From an uncultured Methanoregulaceae archaeon (GTDB lineage Archaea; Halobacteriota; Methanomicrobia; Methanomicrobiales; Methanospirillaceae): a DNA stretch of 64,000 nt. Location: positions 1,760,001 to 1,824,000 of the forward strand of contig OY969564.1 of assembly GCA_963701095.1 (NCBI GenBank). Reading direction: 5' to 3'. Below are positions 42,280-51,564 of this stretch, one piece after another. The notes under the pieces are model-generated. The model saw only the letters and a list, made by a program, of their open reading frames with translations, was not told where the DNA came from and made no database searches. The position numbers and the translations under genes are program-made. How positions within the stretch are numbered: position 1 is the first letter of the stretch; every line of letters starts with the position of its first letter.

Positions 42280-43089
42280 TTAAGCCTCCGTAACCGGGAC
42301 ATCCTTGCTAAAGATTGTAGTACCCGTTGGCGTATAGATTACCTTGACGTGCACTATATCACCTACTGCGAGCTGTTCCCAGCCCCCACCCAGAACTGCT
42401 ATTGCGGGATCAACACCATTCGCCATGAAGCTCGATCCACCGACATAATCATTCGGTAGAATGTACCCTCCGTTAGTGAGAGATGCATGCCCGGGAGACC
42501 CGGCCATTGTCTCTCCGCCTCCCGCGCCGAAGGGTACGGCAAAGAGAGTAACCCCCTGCTGAAGTGTGTACTGCCCGAAGTAGCTGGAATTATATTCGTA
42601 AGGATCGGTAATATCCGAAACAAAGGAGCCCATTCCAAACGGTGCAACCGAGGCAGCTATTTGTGTCGGATAAGTCCCCATGCCAGGATTAAAGTTACCT
42701 AGATTCGGGGCATTCGGTAACGATGAGTTTCCACCACTAAAGACAGTCCCATTCGCTATTGCTGCCTGAGAAGGAGAAAGGTCATAGCTTGCATCGTTTT
42801 TCATCGTAGTAGTCCACGTGGTAACAATTTTGAGCTGCGAGGTAGCAATAGGCTGGCTCACTGAGTTCACGTTTGCGAAGAACCCGCTAGCGATATAACT
42901 CCCGGAGTTCACCACCTTGACATCCATCGAAATTGTCGGGGACTTTTGCTGCCCTCCGACTAGGCCGCCTGAAAATCCACTGACGACCGCTGCGATGATG
43001 ATTGTCACGACCAGCATCAGCATAACTCCAACGACCGGTGAGACCGCATCTTCGCCCTTTTTTCTTGTCATTCGTTTAAGATAATGCAT
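42280..43089 (-). CDS. Archaeal type IV pilin, copy A
   Basis: DA|VSPVVGVMLML; GAGG RBS before MHYLKRM; paralog of 40589-41356. Confidence 0.9.
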   Translation of the reverse strand: MHYLKRMTRKKGEDAVSPVVGVMLMLVVTIIIAAVVSGFSGGLVGGQQKSPTISMDVKVVNSGSYIASGFFANVNSVSQPIATSQLKIVTTWTTTMKNDASYDLSPSQAAIANGTVFSGGNSSLPNAPNLGNFNPGMGTYPTQIAASVAPFGMGSFVSDITDPYEYNSSYFGQYTLQQGVTLFAVPFGAGGGETMAGSPGHASLTNGGYILPNDYVGGSSFMANGVDPAIAVLGGGWEQLAVGDIVHVKVIYTPTGTTIFSKDVPVTEA

Positions 43090-43183
43090 GTTTTCCCTCT
43101 TTGAAATGCCTGAATTGCAGTGGTGGATCAATTTCTCGGGATCAAAACCACCATGCAAGTTTATTCGTTGTAATTTACTATAT

Positions 43184-43204
43184 TTAACAATTATCATTTG
43201 TTAA
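43184..43204. promoter_or_regulatory. Candidate operator TTAAC-N11-GTTAA
   Basis: TTTAACAATTATCATTTGTTAATCAATTATT upstream of the pilin cluster. Confidence 0.45.
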
Positions 43205-43445
43205 TCAATTATTATTAATATAAACCGGTTAACTTTGCATCATTTTTAACAGAGATATTTTTTTATAGTAATTAACATCATTAGGCTACGAATTAAGTCG
43301 TTAAAAATATGATCTGGAGCGAAGAATTTATAATATATATATAGTATTTTAATATAAGATTCGTCATTTTTCATAATGGTGATCCCCAGCTGGAATAATA
43401 AAATAGAAAGTATTGTTATTCCCCAATTTGCTAAAAATAATTTAA

Positions 43446-43895
43446 TTATGATGCGTTAGGTTCAGCGACTATTGGAGTAGTTTCCACCATGGCTGGTGCT
43501 TCCGGTGGTACATAATATTTTGCGTTCTTTTTCTTGGTGAGCCAAACCAGTTTTCCCTCGACAAACCCAAATGATTCCATAAATATGACCTGGACTGTCT
43601 TTGGAATTCCCGAAACTACCGCTGCGTTCGGGACGATCAGGAACTGTCCTTTTGGCGCCTTTCCTTTCATGGATGCGACCAGTGCCTCAAGCGCGAGCGT
43701 CGATGGATCCTCATCATAGGAAACTGCAAGTGCCACGTTCTCGGTCCTGCCCCTGACATCCCGGGAAAGAATGAATGTCATATCTCGTCTATAGGGTGAT
43801 GGAACCTCTCGGCACGACCAGCCATCCCACGCTTTGAAATGTGCGCGAATCTCCTTTTGAGCAAAGGTCTGCATGATATCCTTAGATGAACCCAT
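43446..43895 (-). CDS. Hypothetical protein
   Basis: 149-aa ORF flanked by AT-rich intergenic DNA. Confidence 0.65.
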   Translation of the reverse strand: MGSSKDIMQTFAQKEIRAHFKAWDGWSCREVPSPYRRDMTFILSRDVRGRTENVALAVSYDEDPSTLALEALVASMKGKAPKGQFLIVPNAAVVSGIPKTVQVIFMESFGFVEGKLVWLTKKKNAKYYVPPEAPAMVETTPIVAEPNAS

Positions 43896-44169
43896 ATGTG
43901 ATCATAGTGCGTGGTTCACACTACCATATATCTTTTTTGAATATTGTTTATTTTCAAGTAAAGTAAATAAAAAAAGGTTATCTTATAAAACATATTGTTT
44001 GCGGATGGTTTATTTTCCACATATAATGTCCTACCAGAGAAATCGAACAAAGTTTATTTGTAAATTTATATCTCTAAACATTAGAAAAAATTAAAGAAAA
44101 ATGGTTAAATAACTCTGCATGCGATTAATCACTACGATTCCGTTATTACCGGGTATCTGAGGTTATCAG

Positions 44170-45819
44170 ATGAACCATTCCGTCCGTCACAACCATCAAT
44201 CTATCAGTATTTTTTTTGCCATCTGTGGCATTAGCATCCTGTTATTTTGTTTTATAGCTGGGTGCGTGGATGATTCCTCATCTTCAGCAAATATAGGAAA
44301 CCTGTCAAACGTCCCTGCAAACGATGTCATCATTCCCGTGAATTCCCCTTCGTCGATGAGCTATACCAGCAATATGCAGAAAGGGGGAGTTCTGTCAGGC
44401 TCGCTCATCTATGAAGGCCTTGTAATCAAAGACATTGACGGCAAATTTGATCCTGCACTTGCACAGAGCTGGAATGTTTCAGATGATGCAAAGACATGGA
44501 CATTCCATTTGGTCCAAGATGCAACATGGAGTGATGGTGCCTCCTTCTCCTGCGCCGACGTCAAGTTCACCAATGATTACATGAAAGCCCACAATCTCAC
44601 TATGGGATATGTTCTTTCGGATGTCCAGTCGGTAGAATGCCCGGACAATAATACGGCAGTTTTTACCCTTATTACACCTTATTCCGCCTTCCTTGACCAG
44701 ATCTCACGAACACCGGGAATTACCATTTCGCCGGAACATATCTGGCAGAACATCGCTGATCCCCAGCATTACCAGGACAGCCAGATGATCGGAACCGGCC
44801 CATTTATCTTTACCCAGGCCGTTCCAGGCTATTACCAGTTTACAACCAATGAAAACTATCATGGCAGGGTTCCGGTCATTCCTGGTGTGGTCCTCAAAAT
44901 GATCACCAATCCTGACAGCCAGGTACTGGCATTGGAAAACGGTGAGATTGATGTGGTCTCTGGAATTACACCGGCAATGGCGCAGAGCTTGTCCGGTGAT
45001 TCAAATATTTCGGTCTACTCGATAAACGACACAGGTGAATGTGAAGTTGCTTTCAACATGGCTCGATATCCCGCTAATATCTCGGCATTCCGGCATGCGA
45101 TGAGCCACGCGGTCGATCGAGACACGATTAGCTCAATATTTGGCACCGGTAGGCCGACTGAAACAACGTTCCTGTTGCCGACTCTTGCAGGGGATGCTGT
45201 TAATCCCGTTGATGTTGGTATGTACAATTATAATCTGACAGAGGCTCAGGAAATGCTTGCAGCTGCAGGTTTTGTCAAGAACTCCGATGGGATGCTGGTC
45301 GGTCCTGACGGAAATCCTATAACAATCACCATTCCTCTCGGCAGCAAAGGTGACGCTGTGAATGGCAAGGTCATCCCTGTGCTCAAGAATGACTGGGCGC
45401 AGCTGGGGATCAGCGTGAGCACAGTATATTATGAGGATCCAACCCAATACCGAACAGCTTCAAACGCCAACCCGGTGTTCATCGATTCCTTCCCGGTTCT
45501 CCTTCACGATGATCCGGATGCCCTAGGTAATTTTGCAGTCACGCCATTACAGGAAACAAACTACTACAACTACAATAACCCGGAATACAACAGCCTTGTG
45601 GCTCAGGTTAAAAACGCCACGAACCAGACTGCAATTCTAGAGATGGTATATAAAGAGCAGGATCTCCTCGCCCAAGATGTGCCGACGGTACCGGTTGCAA
45701 GTACCGATACCCTCGTGGCGTACCGGACAGACCGGTTCACCGGTTGGGACATCGGGCCTGGATACCACAGTATCCTGGATCCAAAAGTTTTAGAGAACTT
45801 AACACCGGTTCAGCCCTGA
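44170..45819 (+). CDS. Opp/Dpp/Nik-type ABC transporter substrate-binding lipoprotein
   Basis: IAGC lipobox, PALAQSW, WSDG, GTGPF. Confidence 0.92.
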   Translation: MNHSVRHNHQSISIFFAICGISILLFCFIAGCVDDSSSSANIGNLSNVPANDVIIPVNSPSSMSYTSNMQKGGVLSGSLIYEGLVIKDIDGKFDPALAQSWNVSDDAKTWTFHLVQDATWSDGASFSCADVKFTNDYMKAHNLTMGYVLSDVQSVECPDNNTAVFTLITPYSAFLDQISRTPGITISPEHIWQNIADPQHYQDSQMIGTGPFIFTQAVPGYYQFTTNENYHGRVPVIPGVVLKMITNPDSQVLALENGEIDVVSGITPAMAQSLSGDSNISVYSINDTGECEVAFNMARYPANISAFRHAMSHAVDRDTISSIFGTGRPTETTFLLPTLAGDAVNPVDVGMYNYNLTEAQEMLAAAGFVKNSDGMLVGPDGNPITITIPLGSKGDAVNGKVIPVLKNDWAQLGISVSTVYYEDPTQYRTASNANPVFIDSFPVLLHDDPDALGNFAVTPLQETNYYNYNNPEYNSLVAQVKNATNQTAILEMVYKEQDLLAQDVPTVPVASTDTLVAYRTDRFTGWDIGPGYHSILDPKVLENLTPVQP

Positions 45820-46015
45820 TAAGCGATTGTTCCCATGAGAAAAAAGACTCCAAAAAAGGAACCATTTTTTTCTGCGAATACAGCTTGGGTTCATGACGTC
45901 CCTTGGATTGACTTATTCCCGTATGAATCGGTTTTCATTTCCGTAATCGAAAAATTCAAAGGAACATAACGATGACCGTCCTCAACCATTCACAGGGATA
46001 TGGAGGAAAACGCGT

Positions 46016-46998
46016 ATGATAAGCGGGAAATATCTTTTGCGCCGCCTCTGTTACAGCGGGGCTTCGTTTTTCGTCTGCATCACCATTACCTTTTTCCTTC
46101 TCCATCTCATGCCCGGCGACTATATCACCAACTATCTTCTCTCGCTTTCAAACACCATCCCCCAAGCAGCAGTGGATCAGTTCCGCCACCAGTTCGGTCT
46201 TGATCTTCCCATCAGTGACCAGTATATCTTCTATATTGTAAACATACTCCACGGACAATGGGGTTACTCGTATGCTTACGGCCAGCCTGTGTTCTCGATG
46301 ATTATGGAAAAACTCAGCTGGTCACTCATCATTATAGTACCGGCGACAGTTCTGGGGATCCTGATCGGCATAATTATCGGCGCATGGTCCGGGTGGAGAT
46401 CCGGGGAAAAAAGGATCTGGCAATATTCAATATCATGATTGTGATCCGGGCGATCCCAGAGTTCTGGTGGGCGATCATGGCCGTGCTCGTCTTCTCCTTT
46501 TATCTCCGATGGTTTCCCCTCGGAGGATTCAGCAGCATCAGTGTTCTTTCAACTGGTCTTTCTATCCCGGACCTGTTGTACCACGCCCTCCTCCCTGTCG
46601 CCCTAATGACGTTTTTTATTGCAACCGGGAATTACTACGTCATGCGGAATTCGATGATTTCCGTTATAGGAGAGGATTACATCACCACCGCACGTGCAAA
46701 GGGGCTCGATGAGCGGGGGATCCTCTGGCGTCATGCCCTTAAAAACGCCCTCCTTCCCATAGTGACAATCACGACGTTCCAGTGCGCTGCAATCATTATG
46801 GGAAACGTGTTTATTGAGACTGTTTTTTCCTGGCCAGGGATCGGGTTCCTGACTACTGAAGCTCTTACGAATCGAGATCTTCCTCTGCTCGAAGGCATAT
46901 TCCTCCTGGATTCGCTGATGACCATATGTGCTATGCTGCTTGCTGACATCCTCTCATCGATGATCGATCCGCGGATCAGGATGGGAAATGATGAGTAG
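46016..46998 (+). CDS. ABC permease, DppB-like (frameshift in A-run near 46410)
   Basis: MPGD, YITTARAKGL, ETVFSWPGIG. Confidence 0.88.
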
Positions 46999-47812
46999 GC
47001 GAGCAATATTTTGGGTGGGAATTGCAGTCCTGCTCGCATATATAGTCATAGCCCTCGCAGCCCCACTGATTGCACCTCAGGGTCCTCAGGCTATTACCGG
47101 CAAACCACTTCAGCCACCAGATAATCATCATCTGTTTGGGACAAACGAAGTGGGTCAGGACATCTTTGCCCAGCTTGTCTTTGGGGCCCGTATTACCTTG
47201 CTCTTCGGATTCTGCTCTGCGGCTCTTGCTGTCGGGATTAGCACAAGCGTTGGGATAGTTATAGGGTATTATGGCGGTATTGTCGACGAGATTGTCTGTA
47301 GAGCTATTGATGTGGTCATGCCTATTCCGATGTTTGTCCTTCTTATCGTCCTCACAACATTCTTTTCGCCGGGCATCCTTCAGGTCAGCCTGCTTATGGG
47401 GCTGATGGGCAGTGTTTATGGCATACGCATCATGCGTGCGCAGGTCCTATCGGTCGCCCGTACCGGTTTCGTGGAAGGTGCGAGGGCGATTGGCGCCTCT
47501 GATTTTCGTATCATGTCCCGGCATATCCTGCCCAACGTAATGTCGCTGGTTATGGTCAAATTTGTAAGTTCATCCCAGCAGCTCCTCCTCATGGGTGTCG
47601 GCCTAAGTTTTATTGGACTTTGGGATACAACGACCGTGGACTGGGGGACGATGATTCAGAACGCGTATTCGCAGGGTGGTATGGCATTGGGTCTTTGGTG
47701 GTGGATACTGCCTCCAGGGATTGCAGTAATCGGGATTTCCCTCGCCCTTGCAATGATCGGGTACAGTTTCGAAGAGAAGTTTAACCCCCGTGTAGAGGTG
47801 AACAGGATATGA
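46988..47812 (+). CDS. ABC permease, DppC-like
   Basis: HLFGT..GQD, ARAIGAS, HILPN. Confidence 0.92.
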   Translation: MMSRRAIFWVGIAVLLAYIVIALAAPLIAPQGPQAITGKPLQPPDNHHLFGTNEVGQDIFAQLVFGARITLLFGFCSAALAVGISTSVGIVIGYYGGIVDEIVCRAIDVVMPIPMFVLLIVLTTFFSPGILQVSLLMGLMGSVYGIRIMRAQVLSVARTGFVEGARAIGASDFRIMSRHILPNVMSLVMVKFVSSSQQLLLMGVGLSFIGLWDTTTVDWGTMIQNAYSQGGMALGLWWWILPPGIAVIGISLALAMIGYSFEEKFNPRVEVNRI

Positions 47813-48804
47813 ACATTCCCGATTCGCTTGAGAACGCAAACAGGAACAATCCGGAGGCAAAAGGAATGGCACTGATCCAAATCGCTGGCCTGAAAGTGGT
47901 TTTCTCCACACGTTCTGAAAAAATAAGGGCTGTGGACACGGTTGATCTTACCATTAATGAAGGTGACACATTAGGCCTTATTGGTGAATCCGGGTGTGGA
48001 AAGACGGTTATGGGTATGGCCATGATGGGTCTTCTTCCGACAAACGCTGATATCAGTGGCATCATCCGTTATGCCGGGAAGGATCTCCTTACCGCACCCG
48101 AATCTATGATGCAAAAGATGAGGGGAAGAGAGATTGCCATGATCTCCCAGAACTCCGCAAACACGCTCAACCCGGTAATGAAAGTGGGTGACCAGATCGC
48201 AGAACCACTCCTGATCCACCATCTGTATTCCGCGGACGAGGCGAAAAAGGAGGTAATACGGCTGCTTGGCGCTCTTGGATTTGAGGATCCCGTGCAGGCT
48301 GCAGGCCGTTATCCCCACGAATTTTCTGGGGGGATGCGGGAACGCGTTCTTATTGCGCTTGCCCTTATCTGCAATCCCCGGGTTATTATCGCCGATGAGC
48401 CCACATCAGGGCTGGATGCGGAAGTCAAGATCGAAATTCTTCATCTGATCAAAGAGAAGGTTACCGGGAACCGGACTTTGTTTCTTATCACCCACGATCT
48501 GGGAACAGCTTCGTTTCTCTGTACCCGGCTCGTCGTTATGTATGCAGGGGAGATCGTAGAAACAGGGCCGACAAAAGAAGTGCTTTCCCGACCATTCCAT
48601 CCCTATACCAAAGGTCTCCTTGCATCTCTTCCTTCTGCCGGCCTCAATACTATCCCAGGGACTAGTCCTTCACCTTCATCACTCCCGGCGGGCTGCAGGT
48701 TTTCTGAACGATGCATAGCGGCGATGGAGCGATGCAGGAAAGAACACCCCCCCATGAAAGAGGTTGGTGATAATCGCCAGGTACGGTGTTTCCTTTATGA
48801 TTGA
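47809..48804 (+). CDS. ABC ATPase, DppD-like
   Basis: GESGCGKT, FSGGM, HPYT, C-terminal Cys cluster. Confidence 0.92.
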   Translation: MNIPDSLENANRNNPEAKGMALIQIAGLKVVFSTRSEKIRAVDTVDLTINEGDTLGLIGESGCGKTVMGMAMMGLLPTNADISGIIRYAGKDLLTAPESMMQKMRGREIAMISQNSANTLNPVMKVGDQIAEPLLIHHLYSADEAKKEVIRLLGALGFEDPVQAAGRYPHEFSGGMRERVLIALALICNPRVIIADEPTSGLDAEVKIEILHLIKEKVTGNRTLFLITHDLGTASFLCTRLVVMYAGEIVETGPTKEVLSRPFHPYTKGLLASLPSAGLNTIPGTSPSPSSLPAGCRFSERCIAAMERCRKEHPPMKEVGDNRQVRCFLYD

Positions 48805-49603
48805 ACTTGAAGAAATAACCAAAGTTTATTCAAGAGGTTTTCTTCGCCGCCAAAAAACCATCGCAGTAAATAATGTCTCAATCTCGATTAAAAGGGGTAA
48901 AACGCTGGGCCTTGTCGGGGAGAGCGGGAGCGGTAAGTCTACGCTAGGCCGGATTGCACTCCGGCTTATCGAACCTTCGAGCGGGACGGTCCGGTTCGAC
49001 GGCATTGATCTGACCCGGCTTAAGGGATCGAAACTCCGGAAACTCAGGCCACGGATGCAAATATTGTTTCAGGACCCCGATACTTCGCTTGATCCACGTA
49101 TGACCATCCGGGAGTGTATGGCAGAACCCCTAATCATAAGCAATCGAGCCGGCCCAGAAGAGATGGAAGATCGTATTCTTGGCCTGCTCGGGCAGGTCGG
49201 GCTCCAATCCGACCTGATCGACCGGTATCCGTTCGAAATATCCGGTGGCCAGAAGCAGAGAGTTGCACTTGCCAGAGTCCTTTCCCTCGACCCCGATTTT
49301 ATCGTTGCCGATGAACCCACTGCCGCTCTTGATCTCTCGGTTCAGGCGCAGGTGCTCAGTCTGATAAAGTCCATTCAGAAAAAGTCCAATCTTACGATCC
49401 TTTTCATCTCCCACGACCTCCAGGTTATCGAACAGATGAGTGATTCTATTGCAGTAATGCATCACGGGTCGATAATTGAACAGGGAACACCGCAGGACAT
49501 TCTCCATATACCGATGGAACACTATACACGGAATCTGGTGGCGGCGGCATATGGAAGTGACGCGTGGCTGGGAAAAATTAAAGATTTGCGAGCCAAATCA
49601 TAG
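48797..49603 (+). CDS. ABC ATPase, DppF-like
   Basis: GESGSGKS, ISGGQKQR, ADEPT. Confidence 0.92.
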   Translation: MIELEEITKVYSRGFLRRQKTIAVNNVSISIKRGKTLGLVGESGSGKSTLGRIALRLIEPSSGTVRFDGIDLTRLKGSKLRKLRPRMQILFQDPDTSLDPRMTIRECMAEPLIISNRAGPEEMEDRILGLLGQVGLQSDLIDRYPFEISGGQKQRVALARVLSLDPDFIVADEPTAALDLSVQAQVLSLIKSIQKKSNLTILFISHDLQVIEQMSDSIAVMHHGSIIEQGTPQDILHIPMEHYTRNLVAAAYGSDAWLGKIKDLRAKS

Positions 49604-49638
49604 AAATTTTGCATTATTTTTATGTTATGAACAAAATT

Positions 49639-49717
49639 GGTTCTGTCAACTTTATGTGGGATGAATTATTTTCTTTTTTGGTGAAAAGTTACAATCCCCC
49701 ACCAAGTTAACAGAACA
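49639..49717. mobile_element. ~79-bp miniature inverted-repeat element, copy 1
   Basis: GGTTCTGTCAACTT...CCCCCACCAAGTTAACAGAACA; direct-repeat partner at 50712. Confidence 0.7.
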
Positions 49718-49766
49718 AAAAGACAAAGTTTAGAGGTTTTCAATTTGTGTTTTTCAAAAAATAAGG

Positions 49767-50570
49767 TTATATCCCTGCAACAGGCACAGTTACCGGCGGT
49801 GCCGGTGGTGCGGCATGATCGTACACGCGGGATAAATAGCGTGCCGAGAAGACTATAATAAGGGGATACAGCGCAAGGTGGATGACCACGCCGAGGTACG
49901 GGATCAGCGCTAAGACTGAGGTAAGAAGGAAGAAGGCGATCACAATTACCATGAGAATAACAAAGGCAAGAATGTAGGATCCTAGGCCGATTGCCCCTAC
50001 GGTATTCAGGAGAGCAAAAACGCGAATCCCCTCGCGGATACTACCTGTGCGGGCAAAGCGGATGCTGCCCGGGATAATGCAGAGAATGGTTACAATTGCA
50101 AAAACCAGTGCGACAAACACAAGGAGCACAAGGAGAAGCCTGAGACCCGGCGATGTCATGCCTCCAAGACTGGTAAAGGCCACGAAGAAGCCGCTTGCAG
50201 CACCAAGGATGATGGTGGTCGGCACTATCCAGAGGAGTTCGACAATCATCAGTTTTATTCCGTCAAGATAAATCTGCCCCCAGTGATCGAATACCGGGGC
50301 GGGTTTTGTGCCGCGGAGGACCCTGACGATATATCCTCCCGTGAAAAACGAGAGGAGAAACCCTGCAAGGATGAGTGCAATGAACTGGACCCACGGGAAG
50401 GCACTCCAGTCAATGGTTTTTCCGGCCTCCAGTTTTTCCGGATCGAACAGGAACACCATCAGAGCAAAGGGGAAGCTGCAGATGAGAAAAACTAGCCATG
50501 TTTTCCAGTTGCCGACAAGGGCGTTCCGGGAATAATCGATCGAATCCGAGATAATTTCTCTATACTCCAT
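49767..50570 (-). CDS. DUF4013-like multi-pass membrane protein
   Basis: GYIVRVLRG..PAP.FD.W...LDG.K, RFARTGS; probable start MEYREIISDS. Confidence 0.82.
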   Translation of the reverse strand: MEYREIISDSIDYSRNALVGNWKTWLVFLICSFPFALMVFLFDPEKLEAGKTIDWSAFPWVQFIALILAGFLLSFFTGGYIVRVLRGTKPAPVFDHWGQIYLDGIKLMIVELLWIVPTTIILGAASGFFVAFTSLGGMTSPGLRLLLVLLVFVALVFAIVTILCIIPGSIRFARTGSIREGIRVFALLNTVGAIGLGSYILAFVILMVIVIAFFLLTSVLALIPYLGVVIHLALYPLIIVFSARYLSRVYDHAAPPAPPVTVPVAGI

Positions 50571-50711
50571 GAATATCGTACGGAGGACTGTATTATAATA
50601 ATAACGAAATTTTCTTTGCATGATTCCATGACCTCCCTCCAGGAAACTGCTCAAAACCTTGCTCTGGAAAAAAGCTCAATGATGAGAAACAGGATGCTGC
50701 TCGGGGAATTT

Positions 50712-50790
50712 GGTTCTGTTAACTTTACAAAGGATGAATTATTTTTTCTTCGGTGAAAAGTTGCAATCCCCCGCCAAGTTAACAGAATCC
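50712..50790. mobile_element. ~79-bp miniature inverted-repeat element, copy 2
   Basis: GGTTCTGTTAACTT...CCCCCGCCAAGTTAACAGAATCC. Confidence 0.7.
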
Positions 50791-50857
50791 GAAAATCCTG
50801 TGATGTGAGGAGGACCGTGAATCGTCGAGCCCCACCGACCTGTCAATACCAATTACA

Positions 50858-51562
50858 TCATTCCACATTCACTTTCCTGTCGTAGATAATACTCCCGCTC
50901 GGGATATGGATGATCCTGATTTCTACAACAGAACCTGTGCCGAATCCACCCTTCTGAATCTGATCTATCACGTTAAATCCGAGAAGGTAATCCATACCCG
51001 GGTTATCATGCGGGTTGGTAATCGGATCACCATCACATGAATCACTGCTAATGGGATTATTACCGCAAAAGAGCGCAGCGGTAGTCAGGTAATAACCGGG
51101 GCTGAGAATCGCCGATTCATCGCCAAACCAAGCGCTGTTCACTGTCGGAGAATTGCTAATAAATGAACCGAATTGTTTTCCCGTATTTAAGACTAATACG
51201 CCGCTGTACTGGCTTGAGGTAAACCCTTGCCAATTAGCGTTTCCGGGTACCGCCACCTCGCCACTGAGGTTTCCGGAGAACACAGAACCACCGGTGCTCG
51301 TATAAGCCGTTACAATCTTTAAGTCCTTGGTTGGAAGAGAATCGCCACTAATTTCATGGATGGTCATGGTCGGGGTGTAGAAGCAGCCATCCTGGTCTTG
51401 CAGCGCATAGATATGGACATCAAACGCTGCGGAGGGTGCTGTATGCGGTGTCCCAACTAAACCACCTGAAAACGCAGAGACAATTGCCGCAATAATGATG
51501 GTCACGACAAGCATAAGCATGACGCCAACGACCGGCGAGACCGCATGTGTGTTCTGCCTCAT
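50858..51562 (-). CDS. Archaeal type IV pilin
   Basis: HA|VSPVVGVMLML; C-terminus IIHIPSG..IYD. Confidence 0.9.
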   Translation of the reverse strand: MRQNTHAVSPVVGVMLMLVVTIIIAAIVSAFSGGLVGTPHTAPSAAFDVHIYALQDQDGCFYTPTMTIHEISGDSLPTKDLKIVTAYTSTGGSVFSGNLSGEVAVPGNANWQGFTSSQYSGVLVLNTGKQFGSFISNSPTVNSAWFGDESAILSPGYYLTTAALFCGNNPISSDSCDGDPITNPHDNPGMDYLLGFNVIDQIQKGGFGTGSVVEIRIIHIPSGSIIYDRKVNVE

Positions 51563-51564
51563 TT

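Noticed and set aside
39957..43089. Shufflon or invertible pilin locus
   Set aside because: All pilins are co-oriented and full length; no recombinase or inverted crossover sites seen.
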